DNA of 64,000 bases from an uncultured Verrucomicrobiota bacterium (GTDB lineage Bacteria; Verrucomicrobiota; Kiritimatiellia; CAIVKH01). Below are positions 49,484 through 59,608 of this stretch, piece after piece. The stretch is taken from NCBI GenBank assembly GCA_964503335.1, contig CAZCZZ010000008.1:8911-72910 (forward strand), read 5' to 3'. The notes under the pieces are model-generated. The model was not told the DNA's origin. It did no database searches and saw nothing but the letters and a program-made list of their open reading frames with translations. Made by a program: the position numbers and the translations under genes. Position 1 is the first letter of the stretch. Every line of letters starts with the position of its first letter.

Positions 49484-50029
49484 CTAAGCCGTCGCCAATT
49501 TTCGATTCAAGCTCCGGAGCTGTGTCTCCAGGCTGCTGTCGTACACCGTGTCTCCCACCTTCACCTGAAAGCCGCCGAGGAGGGTGGGATTCTCCCCGTA
49601 GCTTGCTTCAATGCGCTTGCCGAACTTCGTCCCGAGCCGTTCCTTGAGCGCGGTCTGCTGCGCCGCCGTCAGCGGGATCGCCGACGTGACATCCACGCGG
49701 AGGATGCCGACATGCCTGTCGTAAAGGCTTTCGAACTCCGCGATGATCTCCTGCAGGAGGGGCATGCGCTTCTTCTCTTCCAGGAACAGCACAAACCGCG
49801 TGAGCAGGTTGTGGGCGTGGCCCCGCTTCTCGAGCAGGTCCCCGAGGATCTGGATGCGAAGATCCGGCGCCACGGAGAAGTTGCCGAGGAAACGGACCAG
49901 TTCCGGGCTGCCGGCAAGGCACTGCGAGAGCTCGACGAGGTCCGTGCGGACTTCGTCGACAGCCCCGGTCTCGACCGCGAGGTCGAAGAAAGCCTTTGCA
50001 TAGCGTCTGGCAGCCTTGGATTGAGCCAT
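49484..50029 (-). CDS. atpH: ATP synthase delta (OSCP) subunit
   Basis: ARRYAKAFFDLA N-terminus, C-terminal GGFQVKVGDTVYDSSLETQLRSL. Confidence 0.85.
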   Translation of the reverse strand: MAQSKAARRYAKAFFDLAVETGAVDEVRTDLVELSQCLAGSPELVRFLGNFSVAPDLRIQILGDLLEKRGHAHNLLTRFVLFLEEKKRMPLLQEIIAEFESLYDRHVGILRVDVTSAIPLTAAQQTALKERLGTKFGKRIEASYGENPTLLGGFQVKVGDTVYDSSLETQLRSLNRKLATA

Positions 50030-50033
50030 GGTC

Positions 50034-50597
50034 CTACAGTTCCCGGATGAGTTTGTCGGTCAGCGCGCGGCTGCGCGCTTCGTCCAGGTTATCGCCAATC
50101 ACCTTGCGGGCCATCTGGACCGCCAGGTCGGCGCTCTCCTTGCGGAGGGACGCGATCGCCTTTTCCTGGGCCGTGCGGATTTCGCGCTGGGCGTTCTCGA
50201 GAAGGATCTGCGATTCCTCGCGGGCCTTCTGTTCGATCACCGACGCGGCATCGACCGCGGCCTGGCGGGCGGAATCGACAATCTCGCGGGCCTTTGCGTC
50301 GGCCTCCGAGACGATCTTCTGGCGGGTCTCGTCGATCTTCGCCAGTTCCTCGCGCGTCTTCTGGGCGTTCTCGATCGCCTTGCGGAGATCCTCTTCGCGC
50401 TTTTCGAGCGCGCCGAGAATCGGCTTCCAGGCGACCTTGTACAACACGACGGCCATCAGGAGGAACGTGATCCAGGTCAGGCCCACCATCTGCGGTGTGA
50501 CGCTGACAGGATTGCCGCCGCCGTGACCGCCCGAGTGGGCGTCGTGGGAGGCGGGCACCTCAACTGTGCCGTGCGTGGTTTCTTGTTCTACTGCCAT
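50034..50597 (-). CDS. atpF: ATP synthase Fo subunit b
   Basis: Single TM (LTWITFLLMAVVLYKVAW) followed by long charged helix; start at MAVEQETT. Confidence 0.8.
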   Translation of the reverse strand: MAVEQETTHGTVEVPASHDAHSGGHGGGNPVSVTPQMVGLTWITFLLMAVVLYKVAWKPILGALEKREEDLRKAIENAQKTREELAKIDETRQKIVSEADAKAREIVDSARQAAVDAASVIEQKAREESQILLENAQREIRTAQEKAIASLRKESADLAVQMARKVIGDNLDEARSRALTDKLIREL

Positions 50598-50633
50598 GCT
50601 TGAGTTTCCCGCGCGACGCGGGACCCTTATCAC

Positions 50634-50849
50634 TTACTTGTTCAGGGCAAGGAAGCAGATGACCGCGCCGAACAGCGCAACGCCTTCGATCAGCGCCGCT
50701 GCGATCAGCATGTTCACCTGAATTTTCGGTGTCGCCTCGGGCTGGCGGGCGATGCCTTCCATGGCCGAAGCGGCCAGCTTGCCGATGCCCAATCCGGTTC
50801 CGATCGCGACCAAACCCGCGCCGATCGCTGCAAATGTTCCTGGTGTCAT
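50634..50849 (-). CDS. atpE: ATP synthase Fo subunit c
   Basis: Two-helix hairpin with GxGxGxG N-helix and conserved carboxylate (ALIEGVALFGAV). Confidence 0.9.
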   Translation of the reverse strand: MTPGTFAAIGAGLVAIGTGLGIGKLAASAMEGIARQPEATPKIQVNMLIAAALIEGVALFGAVICFLALNK

Positions 50850-50896
50850 GATTCTACCCTTTCTCTCTGTACTTACTGTGTTCTCTCAACCTGTTC

Positions 50897-51697
50897 CTAG
50901 TGCGCCGGATGATACATCTGTCCGATGAACATCGCGGAAAGCAGCGTAAAGATGTAGGCCTGCAGGAAGCAGACGAAAAGCTCCAGCAGGTAGATGCCGA
51001 GGGCGAGTCCGACCGCCGGCAGCGCGAACGCGCCGAAGCTGACGACGAGGCCGAGCAGGGCGAAGATGACGATATGGCCCGCGAGCATGTTCGCGAACAA
51101 ACGGATGGTCAGCGCGAACGCCTTGATGAACATGCCCATGAACTCGATGGGCGTGATGATGAGGAGAACCGGCCAGGGGATGCCGTGCGGGATGAAGCAC
51201 TTGAAGAACCCTACCACGCCGTTCTTGTACATCGCGCCAAAGATCATGAAGCACAGCGTGATCGAAGCCATCGCCAGCGTGACGCTGACGTTCGCCGTCG
51301 CCGTGGCGAACAGCGGGACCAGGCCCATCAGGTTGAGACCGAGGATAAAGAAGAAGAAGGAGCAGAAGATCGGCGTCATCTTGCGGCCGTCGTGATCGCC
51401 GAGGCTCGGGATGGCGATGTTGTCGCGAATGAAGAGGACGAGGACTTCAAGCGCATTGGTCAGGCCGCGCGGCACGACATCGTTCTTCCGGTAGAGCACC
51501 CCGAAGAGGAGGATCAGGAAGAAGGCGCACAGGATCACCATGACGCCGTGGAGGCTGATGAACTGGGGCAGGTGGAGTTTCACAAAGGGGAGGGCCCATT
51601 CCTGGCCATCCACGACGTGGTGCATGATGTACTCCTGCACCGCCGCGCTCTTTTCCGCCTGTGTTACGGCGGCCTCTGTGACTGCTTGTTCTGCCAT
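50897..51697 (-). CDS. atpB: ATP synthase Fo subunit a
   Basis: Conserved Arg-containing helix FALTIRLFANMLAGHIV; 5-6 TM. Confidence 0.9.
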   Translation of the reverse strand: MAEQAVTEAAVTQAEKSAAVQEYIMHHVVDGQEWALPFVKLHLPQFISLHGVMVILCAFFLILLFGVLYRKNDVVPRGLTNALEVLVLFIRDNIAIPSLGDHDGRKMTPIFCSFFFFILGLNLMGLVPLFATATANVSVTLAMASITLCFMIFGAMYKNGVVGFFKCFIPHGIPWPVLLIITPIEFMGMFIKAFALTIRLFANMLAGHIVIFALLGLVVSFGAFALPAVGLALGIYLLELFVCFLQAYIFTLLSAMFIGQMYHPAH

Positions 51698-51717
51698 GGC
51701 CCTTGGTTCCCGACATC

Positions 51718-52131
51718 CTATGCGTCAGGGGTACCCGGAGGCCGTACGTGCAGGCTGAGGACTTCTCCCGCCAGAAAGGCGAAATAGCCCACGAGTGCTA
51801 CAGAAAGGAAGGCAGGAAAATCCCACACCCCAGAGCGCTCTATCCACACGAAGAGCCCCAGCAAAGCCGCCACACGCAACGCATTGAAGCACAAGCTCCA
51901 AAGAAAGAATCGCGTGGAATCCGGACCCACTGAATGCGCGGCTATAAATAGTGCAAGAATTCCATGTGTCAAGGACAAGATCAAAGCTGCGAAAAACTCC
52001 TTTCCGTGGAATTCCCCCGTATAGCTTTTCATGACTAATGGCCCGATCACCGTAGTTACCAGAAAACTACCGATCAGGAATGGGTCAAAAAGCAGCCTAA
52101 AACACGAAACATGGGGTTCGGCGGGTGACAT
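51718..52131 (-). CDS. AtpI-like small membrane protein upstream of atpB
   Basis: Four hydrophobic helices; position between atpZ-like and atpB typical for AtpI; start assumed at MSPAEPHV. Confidence 0.45.
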   Translation of the reverse strand: MSPAEPHVSCFRLLFDPFLIGSFLVTTVIGPLVMKSYTGEFHGKEFFAALILSLTHGILALFIAAHSVGPDSTRFFLWSLCFNALRVAALLGLFVWIERSGVWDFPAFLSVALVGYFAFLAGEVLSLHVRPPGTPDA

Positions 52132-52285
52132 GGGGTGTGCAAAATAGGTCAAAGGACGACGAATTGATAGGATAAGCGGGTTGGCCGCAAAGAGGCACAA
52201 AGTTGCAGCCCCCTATAGCCCTCAGATTCAGATGGGCTATAAGGGCTCCTATTTTGCGCCTCTTTGTGGCCAAAAATAAGATTCC

Positions 52286-52534
52286 TCATTTCTTCTCGTT
52301 GTCCGGGTCTTGTTCCTGCAGCACACGGATCAGCTTCCAGACCTCGTAACCCCCATAGAACATGCCGAGGAAGATGCCGATGAGGGTGAACGCATTGCCG
52401 CCTCCGCGCTTTTTGTCGATCCAGTAGCCGAGCCCGGCGAAGACGACCATGCCAACGGCGAGCTGAATGCCCAGGGACAAGCCTATGGACAGGATGCGGC
52501 GCTGGTTCTCGTTCTTGGGGTCAATCGGGATCAT
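52286..52534 (-). CDS. AtpZ/AtpI-family putative F0F1-ATPase accessory protein (PF09527-like)
   Basis: GLGYWIDKKRGGGNAFTLIGIFLGMFYGGY matches the conserved core of the 'putative F0F1-ATPase subunit' family; first gene of the atp operon. Confidence 0.6.
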   Translation of the reverse strand: MIPIDPKNENQRRILSIGLSLGIQLAVGMVVFAGLGYWIDKKRGGGNAFTLIGIFLGMFYGGYEVWKLIRVLQEQDPDNEKK

Positions 52535-52645
52535 GGGCGCGGCCTCATAAGGGTTTCCCTGAAGCCATCATCATGACGGTTTCACTATGGAAGAATATCG
52601 CCGTAACGTGCATGATATCAACTAGAGAGAACAACGGAGGACGCC

Positions 52646-53386
52646 ATGGAAACGAACGTCGTGAGCGATCAGGGGAGACCCGTGGACCACGCCGCATTAC
52701 TCCGTCAGTATTTCGCTCAGCGACGCAGCCGCGCCGCGAGTTTTGTCGGCTTCCCTTTCGTCACTATCTCCCGCCAAGCCGGTGCCGGCGGCCATACGCT
52801 GGCCCGCGAGATCATCCGCGAAATCCAACACACCATGCCGGAAGACGTCTCCACGGGATGGGAAGTCTTTGATCACAAGCTCTGCGTCATGCTGGCCCAG
52901 GACCCGGAACTCAATGTTTCGTTCAATGGCCTCCTCGCCGAACAGTACCGCACGGAAGTCACACAATTCGTCTACGAGCTGATTGCCGGTGAAACACGGC
53001 AGTACAATACCTACAAGAAGCTCTTCGAAATCATCCGCGGCCTCGCGACCGTAGGGAAAGTCGTCATAGTCGGCCGCGGCGGCAATTTCCTCACGAAACG
53101 CATGCCCCTCGGCGTCCGCATACGACTCGTTGCCAGTCCAGAAACCCGCACCCAGAACATGATGCAGTTGCTCGATATCAACAAAGAGAAGGCGATGGCC
53201 CAAATGAAGGAACAGGATCGTGATCGCAGCCACATGATCCGCGACTTCTTCGGCAAGGATATCGAGGATCCCCTCGGCTATGACTGTGTCATTAACGCGG
53301 ACGCCGTGAGTATGCAGGACGCCGCCGCCCTCGTCGCCCACATGGTCAAAACCAAGTGGGACCGCTACGCCAAACGACATGTTTGA
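52646..53386 (+). CDS. Cytidylate kinase-like family protein (PF13189-like)
   Basis: FVTISRQAGAGGHTLAREI P-loop-like signature typical of the cytidylate-kinase-like family; divergent from the atp operon. Confidence 0.65.
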   Translation: METNVVSDQGRPVDHAALLRQYFAQRRSRAASFVGFPFVTISRQAGAGGHTLAREIIREIQHTMPEDVSTGWEVFDHKLCVMLAQDPELNVSFNGLLAEQYRTEVTQFVYELIAGETRQYNTYKKLFEIIRGLATVGKVVIVGRGGNFLTKRMPLGVRIRLVASPETRTQNMMQLLDINKEKAMAQMKEQDRDRSHMIRDFFGKDIEDPLGYDCVINADAVSMQDAAALVAHMVKTKWDRYAKRHV

Positions 53387-53403
53387 GACTGATGAGACGG
53401 AGT

Positions 53404-53503
53404 TTTAACCACGAATGGACACGAATTAACACGAATGGAGGAGCTGATCTCCTCAGGGCTTACCTCTTAAATTCGTGTGTATTCCCGTCCATTCGTGGTT
53501 AAA
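53404..53503. other. 100-bp nested palindromic element (17-bp perfect outer inverted repeat TTTAACCACGAATGGAC) between the cytidylate-kinase-like gene and DUF1800 gene
   Basis: Left arm 53404-53421, right arm 53487-53503; inner ACGAAT(GGA) direct repeats mirrored by ATTCGTGT/TCCATTCGT; central GAGGAG…CTCCTC hairpin. Confidence 0.6.
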
Positions 53504-53633
53504 CAATCTCTTCTCACTTCTTTTACTACTTATACCGCAACCGCTTACAATGCAGTTGTGCCACATTTGCGATATTGAGAAAATATCCTCTTAACCCGAT
53601 TGGATTCGTGGGTATGTACTTCCCTGAGGTCGG

Positions 53634-56600
53634 TTGTACATGGGAAACCTTCGAATTGTCTGTATCGGGTTGATCTTGCTGGCGGCGGGAGTTCCCGCTC
53701 GCGCCCAGATGGGTTCTGCGCCATTCGTTCAGGACCCGCTGGCGGATGGACTGATCACCTTCGAGGCGGAGAACTACCACTCGATGATTGTGACGAATGG
53801 ACGGTCGTGGGTGCCGGTCACGAATGGCAACTTCTCGGGCGGGTTGGCCATGCAGGTCCTGCCGAACACGGGTGCCAATTTCAATGTGCTCTTCGGCCTC
53901 ACCGCGCCGCGACTGGATTACCGGATCCAGTTCAATCGCACCGGTCCGCATGTCATTACGATTCGGGGTGTGGGGATCACGGGAAGCGATGACTCGGTTC
54001 ATGCCGGCTTCGACAACGCCTATGTCAGCACGAGCGATCGCATCTATGGGTTCGACGGCACACCGCGCTGGTCGGCGTCGACACTGGATGGTCCGATCGC
54101 CATCGTGAATGTTCCCTCCGTCGGCGAGCACACAGTGAATGTGTGGATGCGCGAGGACGGGTTCATCATCGACAAGATATCCGTCAGCGCGAACACGAAT
54201 TTCCTGCCGCAAGGACTTGGGCCGCCCGAAAGCGACCACGTCGGTTCGACCGGGACCTCGTCGGCCGACCCCATGTCCACCTTCATCACCTCCATGGTGA
54301 TGACCAATGGCGCGCTGCAGGTCGGCTTCACGCCGGTGCCCGACGCCGATACCTACTCGGCTGGCGTCGGGAGCAACACGACGCAACTTGCGGACGGCGC
54401 ATGGGCCAATGGCTACGCTCTCACGCTTCCGCTGGACAACGAGGCCGGAAAATTCGTCGCCGTGAAAGCGACGCCTGTCGATTCAAACTATGTTGCCGCG
54501 GTCAACGCGCTGAATCGCCTTGCGTACGGTCCAACGCCGGACGAGCTCCTTCGCGTGGCCGCAGGTCCCGGCGCGATCGGCGCGGCGGCCTTCGTCGCGG
54601 AGCAGATCTCGCCGGAACTGCTGACGGAGACGGCGGATGCCGATCCGCAGATCACCACGCTTGCGAACGAGATCGAATCGATCGCGGCCGACATCACCGA
54701 CTTGCAGGCGTGGCATCTCTTGCGCGCGGTGAAGGCGAAGCGCCAGTTGCTTGAGACGCTGATGCAGTTCACCGACAACCATTTCACGACGTACTACTGG
54801 AAGTCGCGCTGGACCATCGATGCGTGGGGCCCGACCTGGGACGAGGCGGGCTACATCGCGGCGGAGCTTGAATACCGCGAGTTGGAGAAGTGGCGCCAGG
54901 TGCTGCTGGATCCCAACGGGACCTTCTACGACCTGTTGAAGATCAGCGCCGAAAGCCCTGCGATGCTGATCTACCTCGACTCCATCACGAGCGTCCTCGG
55001 CGCGCCAAATGAGAACTACTCGCGCGAGATCATGGAGCTCTTCTGCATGGGCGTGGACAACGGATACGACCAGAGCGACATCGTGGCGATGGCCCCGGCG
55101 TGGACGGGCTGGACTGTCAAGCGCGTCCAACCGATTGACGCCTCCAATCCGCATGCGACGGTGAACACCAACTCCGCCGTGCTTCTGCCGCGCGCTTCAG
55201 CCGGTTGGTCGTATCGGAAGGGAACGTCCGAGCCCCCCGTGGGCTGGCAGAATCCGGGCTTTGTGGAAGGCGCGGAATGGCTCACCGGCCAGGCCGGCAT
55301 CGGCTACGCGGACGGTGACGACAACACGATCCTCGCCGACATGTCGAACGGCTACACGACGGTCTATTTCCGGAAGCCGTTTGTGGTGAGCAATCTCGCC
55401 GAAGTGGCGACGCTCAACCTGAAGATGTTCATCGATGACGGCGCCGTGGTGTATCTCAACGGCACCGAAATTGTCCGATCGCGGGCGCCTTCGGGAAACC
55501 TAACGTTCACTAACCGAGCAACCTCGTCATCGCCTGAGCCCACGGCGTGGTTGAACATGACGACGACCGGCGCGGTGTCGCTGCTGCAGCAAGGCACAAA
55601 CATCCTGGCGATCCACGGCTTGAACCAGTCGATCCGCAACACCGACTTCTCGATGGACGCGGAAATCCTTGCGCCGCCGGTTTGGAGCTTCGTGTTCGAT
55701 CCGGCGACGCACGAGACGACCAACAAGACGATTTTCGCCGGCAAGAAGATCCACGCGCGCTTCGGGCCGCCGTACGCTGGCCAGCCCTATCAGCTCGTGC
55801 TGCCGGTTCGCACGGGCACGAACGGAATCCAGGACGGGTATGACATCGTCGCGCACCTCGCCAACCTGCCGTACACGCAGGAGTACATCAGCATGAAACT
55901 GTGCCGGCTCTTCGTGAGCGAGGAATTCGAGAAAGGCGGCTACTACAACCAGACCAAACTCACGCCCGAGGAACAGCTCATCAAGGATTGCATGACGGCT
56001 TGGGACACGCCGGGGCCGGACGGACGGAAGGGGAATATCCGCGCGGTGCTCGGCACCATCTTCGACTCGGACCTCTTCCGCTCGCGCTCGGCGCTGCGGC
56101 AGAAAGTGAAGACGCCGATGGAGTACACCGTCAGCGCGATCCGGTCGCTGCGCGCCGATATCGGTGGCGGAACCTTCACGGCCTCGACGGACGGGTACGA
56201 TCTCATTGATGCCATGTGGTACGCGGGCATGGAACTCTTCGCCCGCGAGTTCCCCGACGGCTGGCCGGAGAATGGACGCAGCTGGATAGATACTGGGACG
56301 ATCAATGAACGACTCCGCTTCGTGGAGAACTTCCTGATGCAGCCGAGCGACCCGTTGAAGGCTGTCGATTACGAGAGCTGGGGAGTGCACAACATCAGCG
56401 ACCCCGTGGCGCTCCTCATGAACCGGCTCTCCGGCGCCCAGTGGACCGACCCCGTCGCGGTCACGCAATACTTCCTCGGCATCATCCTGCCGGCGGAAGG
56501 GTGGGGCAACCTCGATACCGATCTCGACGAGTGCGTGAACCTGCTCAACTCGGATGACACGGGGACGCCGGGCACGTCACCTTTCAACGCGCTCACGCCG

Positions 56601-56678
56601 GGAACGCCCGCTTACGATTTGCGCGTGCGATCGTTGGTAGGATTCCTGCTCTCTAATCCGAAGTTCCACGAGCAATGA
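53634..56678 (+). CDS. DUF1800 family protein expanded to 1014 aa by N-terminal and internal beta-sandwich (CBM/lectin-like) domains
   Basis: Signal peptide; DUF1800 signatures LNRLAYGPTPDEL, FTDNHFTT, ENYSREIMELFCMGVDNGYDQSDIVAMAPAWTGWTV; extra domains at ~aa 30-200 (FEAENY…) and ~aa 560-700. Confidence 0.8.
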   Translation: MYMGNLRIVCIGLILLAAGVPARAQMGSAPFVQDPLADGLITFEAENYHSMIVTNGRSWVPVTNGNFSGGLAMQVLPNTGANFNVLFGLTAPRLDYRIQFNRTGPHVITIRGVGITGSDDSVHAGFDNAYVSTSDRIYGFDGTPRWSASTLDGPIAIVNVPSVGEHTVNVWMREDGFIIDKISVSANTNFLPQGLGPPESDHVGSTGTSSADPMSTFITSMVMTNGALQVGFTPVPDADTYSAGVGSNTTQLADGAWANGYALTLPLDNEAGKFVAVKATPVDSNYVAAVNALNRLAYGPTPDELLRVAAGPGAIGAAAFVAEQISPELLTETADADPQITTLANEIESIAADITDLQAWHLLRAVKAKRQLLETLMQFTDNHFTTYYWKSRWTIDAWGPTWDEAGYIAAELEYRELEKWRQVLLDPNGTFYDLLKISAESPAMLIYLDSITSVLGAPNENYSREIMELFCMGVDNGYDQSDIVAMAPAWTGWTVKRVQPIDASNPHATVNTNSAVLLPRASAGWSYRKGTSEPPVGWQNPGFVEGAEWLTGQAGIGYADGDDNTILADMSNGYTTVYFRKPFVVSNLAEVATLNLKMFIDDGAVVYLNGTEIVRSRAPSGNLTFTNRATSSSPEPTAWLNMTTTGAVSLLQQGTNILAIHGLNQSIRNTDFSMDAEILAPPVWSFVFDPATHETTNKTIFAGKKIHARFGPPYAGQPYQLVLPVRTGTNGIQDGYDIVAHLANLPYTQEYISMKLCRLFVSEEFEKGGYYNQTKLTPEEQLIKDCMTAWDTPGPDGRKGNIRAVLGTIFDSDLFRSRSALRQKVKTPMEYTVSAIRSLRADIGGGTFTASTDGYDLIDAMWYAGMELFAREFPDGWPENGRSWIDTGTINERLRFVENFLMQPSDPLKAVDYESWGVHNISDPVALLMNRLSGAQWTDPVAVTQYFLGIILPAEGWGNLDTDLDECVNLLNSDDTGTPGTSPFNALTPGTPAYDLRVRSLVGFLLSNPKFHEQ

Positions 56679-56688
56679 GGACGTCACC

Positions 56689-58197
56689 ATGCACCTTGTA
56701 ACACGTCGATCGTTCATGAAGCGGAGCCTCGCGGGCGCCATCGGCACCGCGCTCGGCTCGATGCTCAACGTGCCCGGCTTCCTGCGCAGCGCGATGGCCG
56801 ACGGCGTCGTGTCGTGGAACGGCAACAAGATGCTCTTCATCTTCCTTCGCGGTGGCAACGATGCGCTGAACACACTCATCCCCACGGGCGATACCGCCTA
56901 CAGCGCATCGTTGCGTCCCACCTTGTACATTCCCGGACCGTCAGACCCCCTGACAACCGGAGGCCAGGCTCCGCTAAACCCGGAGCCTGGCCGCGCAATC
57001 GACCTCGGCAACGGGTTCGCGACGATGCATCCGTCGCTTCGCGACGCCATTCCGGTCTACAACGCGGGCGAGCTCGCCATCATTCATCGCGTGGGCTACC
57101 CCAACCAGTCCCGCTCGCATTTCGACTCGCAGCGCTACTGGGAAACCGGCCTTCCGCTCGACGATTCGGAACAGGACGGCATGCTGTATCGCGCGATCAT
57201 CGAGACCGGGCTCCATGAAACGCAGCTCCTGCCCGCCGTCTCCATGCAGAGCACGATGCCGCAGATTATCCGTGGCGAGATTCCGTTCGCGAACATCGTC
57301 GATCCCGCGCGCTACGACCTGCTCGGCGTCTATGCATCGGCCCGCCAGAAACACATCGACTACATCGCGAAGATCCACGGCATCCCGTATCCTGCAAAGA
57401 ACAACCGCGACCTCATGTTCCCGACCGGCAAGCGCTTCGTGAACTCGATCAACCAGATCGTCGGCATCGACTTCGACAACAACGGCCGCGACTCGAACAA
57501 CAACAAGATTCTCGGTTCGCCGTTCCTCGACGATGACGTGAACCTCACACACCTGTTCCCGATCGATCCCGAGAGCGATGACAAGGGGTTCAACGACTGG
57601 AGCGCCTACAGCTTCTTCAGGAGCCTGAAGTACTCTGCCCAAGTCCTCGCTGGAACGGACTCGGTGATCTCCGGCCTCGAACTCGACGGCTTCGACACGC
57701 ACAACGACCAGGGCGCCCTGACCGGCGGGCACGCCGCGCGCATGGAGTGGATCGGCTGGGCGATGTATGCGCTGAAGAAGTACCTCTCGCACCCCAGCGT
57801 GAATCTCTGGGACAAGATGAGCGTCGTCACGATGTCGGAATTCGGCCGCACGTCCGAGGAGAACGGCTCGTTCGGCACCGACCACGCCGAAGCCGGCGTC
57901 ATGTTCGTTGCCGGCGGTTCCATCAACGGCGGCGTGAAGCAATGCGACCCGAACAGCGCCGTGACCCCATGGGAAGTCGGCGACCCCGGCACGATGTTCA
58001 ACGCCAACGGCCGCTACCTGCAGCGCAGCGTCGATTATCGCTCCGTCATAGGCGAACTCATCCGCGACCACCTCGGCGCCTCGCAAGCCCAACTCGACAA
58101 AATCATCCCCGGCTACTCCAACTCCAGCGAGTTCCTCCTCAGCGGCGGCACCTCCATCGACGGCGTCTCCATCGCCGGCGAACTCGGCCTCGTCTGA
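56689..58197 (+). CDS. DUF1501 family protein (Tat-secreted, sulfatase-like fold)
   Basis: Twin-arginine signal TRRSFMKRSLAGAIG; LFIFLRGGNDALNTLIP; C-terminal GTDHAEAGVMFVAGGSINGG. Canonical partner of DUF1800, 10 nt downstream. Confidence 0.9.
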   Translation: MHLVTRRSFMKRSLAGAIGTALGSMLNVPGFLRSAMADGVVSWNGNKMLFIFLRGGNDALNTLIPTGDTAYSASLRPTLYIPGPSDPLTTGGQAPLNPEPGRAIDLGNGFATMHPSLRDAIPVYNAGELAIIHRVGYPNQSRSHFDSQRYWETGLPLDDSEQDGMLYRAIIETGLHETQLLPAVSMQSTMPQIIRGEIPFANIVDPARYDLLGVYASARQKHIDYIAKIHGIPYPAKNNRDLMFPTGKRFVNSINQIVGIDFDNNGRDSNNNKILGSPFLDDDVNLTHLFPIDPESDDKGFNDWSAYSFFRSLKYSAQVLAGTDSVISGLELDGFDTHNDQGALTGGHAARMEWIGWAMYALKKYLSHPSVNLWDKMSVVTMSEFGRTSEENGSFGTDHAEAGVMFVAGGSINGGVKQCDPNSAVTPWEVGDPGTMFNANGRYLQRSVDYRSVIGELIRDHLGASQAQLDKIIPGYSNSSEFLLSGGTSIDGVSIAGELGLV

Positions 58198-58313
58198 TTC
58201 AATTCACCGCCGAGGCGCGGAGTGCGCAGAGAAGTTCCTGAAATCATTCAAGTCTTTGCCTTGCTTACCCGGCTATCGCGGGCAGACTGCCACATCATGC
58301 GGAGCATCTACTT

Positions 58314-59606
58314 GTGATCCCACAGCCGGAACCCTGGGAAAATACGAAATGGCCTCGTGTTGTCATCGTGGGCGCGGGATTCGGCGGACTTGCGGCGGCG
58401 CGGGCGTTGCGTGATGCGCCGGTTCGCGTCGTCTTGATCGATCGCTCGAACCATTTTCTGTTTCAGCCGTTGCTTTATCAGGTTGCCACGGCGGATCTCG
58501 CGCCGGCGGAAATTGCGACACCGATTCGCTATCTCCTGCGCGATCAGCCGAATGCCCTCGTGGCGATTGCCGAGATCACGGAGGTGGATGAGGCGGAGAA
58601 GCTGGTGAAGGTGAATTATCTCGATCGCGTGAACTCACCGTTTCACTACGACTACCTGGTCCTCGCCACCGGCGCGCGCCACAGCTATTTCGGTCGCGAT
58701 GAATTTGCGCCGTTTGCCCCGGGCCTCAAAACCCTGGGCGATGCGACGGCGGTGCGGAATCATGTGCTGCGCGCTTTTGAGCGAGCGGAGTTGGAACCGA
58801 GTCCGTCACGGCACAAGGAACTGCTGACGTTCGTCATCGTAGGTGGCGGACCGACCGGCGTGGAAATGGCGGGTGCGCTGGCGGAACTTCGTCGCTTTAC
58901 GCTCAGGTCCGATTTCCGGCGTATCGATCCCGAGACCGCGCGTGTCATCCTGATTCAATCGGGACCGCGCATCCTGCCGTCCTTCCCCGAATCTCTCGCG
59001 GCGAAAGCACGGGCACGACTCGAACGCCTCGGTGTGGAAGTCCGCTGCGGACCGCGCGTGGAGACGGTGGACGCCGAGGGGGTGATCGTCGGCGGCGAGC
59101 GAATCGCGTCCCACACCGTGCTTTGGGCGGCAGGTGTGCAACCCTCGCCAGCTGCGCGCTGGTTGGCTGCGCCGGCCGACAAGGCTGGTCGTGTCATCAT
59201 AGCGCCGGATTGCAGCGTCCCGGGGCGACCGGAAGTTTTCGTAATCGGAGATACGGCCTCGCTCGAGCAGGACGGCCAGCCCCTTCCGGGCGTCGCGCAG
59301 GTTGCGCTACAGCAGGGCAAGTACGTCGCAAAAGTCATTCGCAGTCGCGTGGAGGGGCGCCCGGCGCCGAGACCTTTCAGGTACCGCGACCGGGGCAGCC
59401 TGGCCATCGTCGGCCGCAATTTCGCCGTACTCCATCTTGGACGACTGCGCATGAGCGGTTATCTGGCTTTCTGCGTCTGGGCCCTGATCCACGTGATGTA
59501 CCTGGCCGCCGGCTCCAACCGCTTCCGCGTCGTCGCGCAATGGATCTGGTCCTACTTCACCCGGCAGCGCGGGTCGCGACTGATTCTTGACGGACGAACA
59601 GGGTAG
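58314..59606 (+). CDS. ndh: Type II NADH:quinone oxidoreductase (NDH-2)
   Basis: Two Rossmann motifs VVIVGAGFGGLAAA and FVIVGGGPTGVEMAGAL; C-terminal membrane-anchoring helices. Confidence 0.85.
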   Translation: MIPQPEPWENTKWPRVVIVGAGFGGLAAARALRDAPVRVVLIDRSNHFLFQPLLYQVATADLAPAEIATPIRYLLRDQPNALVAIAEITEVDEAEKLVKVNYLDRVNSPFHYDYLVLATGARHSYFGRDEFAPFAPGLKTLGDATAVRNHVLRAFERAELEPSPSRHKELLTFVIVGGGPTGVEMAGALAELRRFTLRSDFRRIDPETARVILIQSGPRILPSFPESLAAKARARLERLGVEVRCGPRVETVDAEGVIVGGERIASHTVLWAAGVQPSPAARWLAAPADKAGRVIIAPDCSVPGRPEVFVIGDTASLEQDGQPLPGVAQVALQQGKYVAKVIRSRVEGRPAPRPFRYRDRGSLAIVGRNFAVLHLGRLRMSGYLAFCVWALIHVMYLAAGSNRFRVVAQWIWSYFTRQRGSRLILDGRTG

Positions 59607-59608
59607 AC

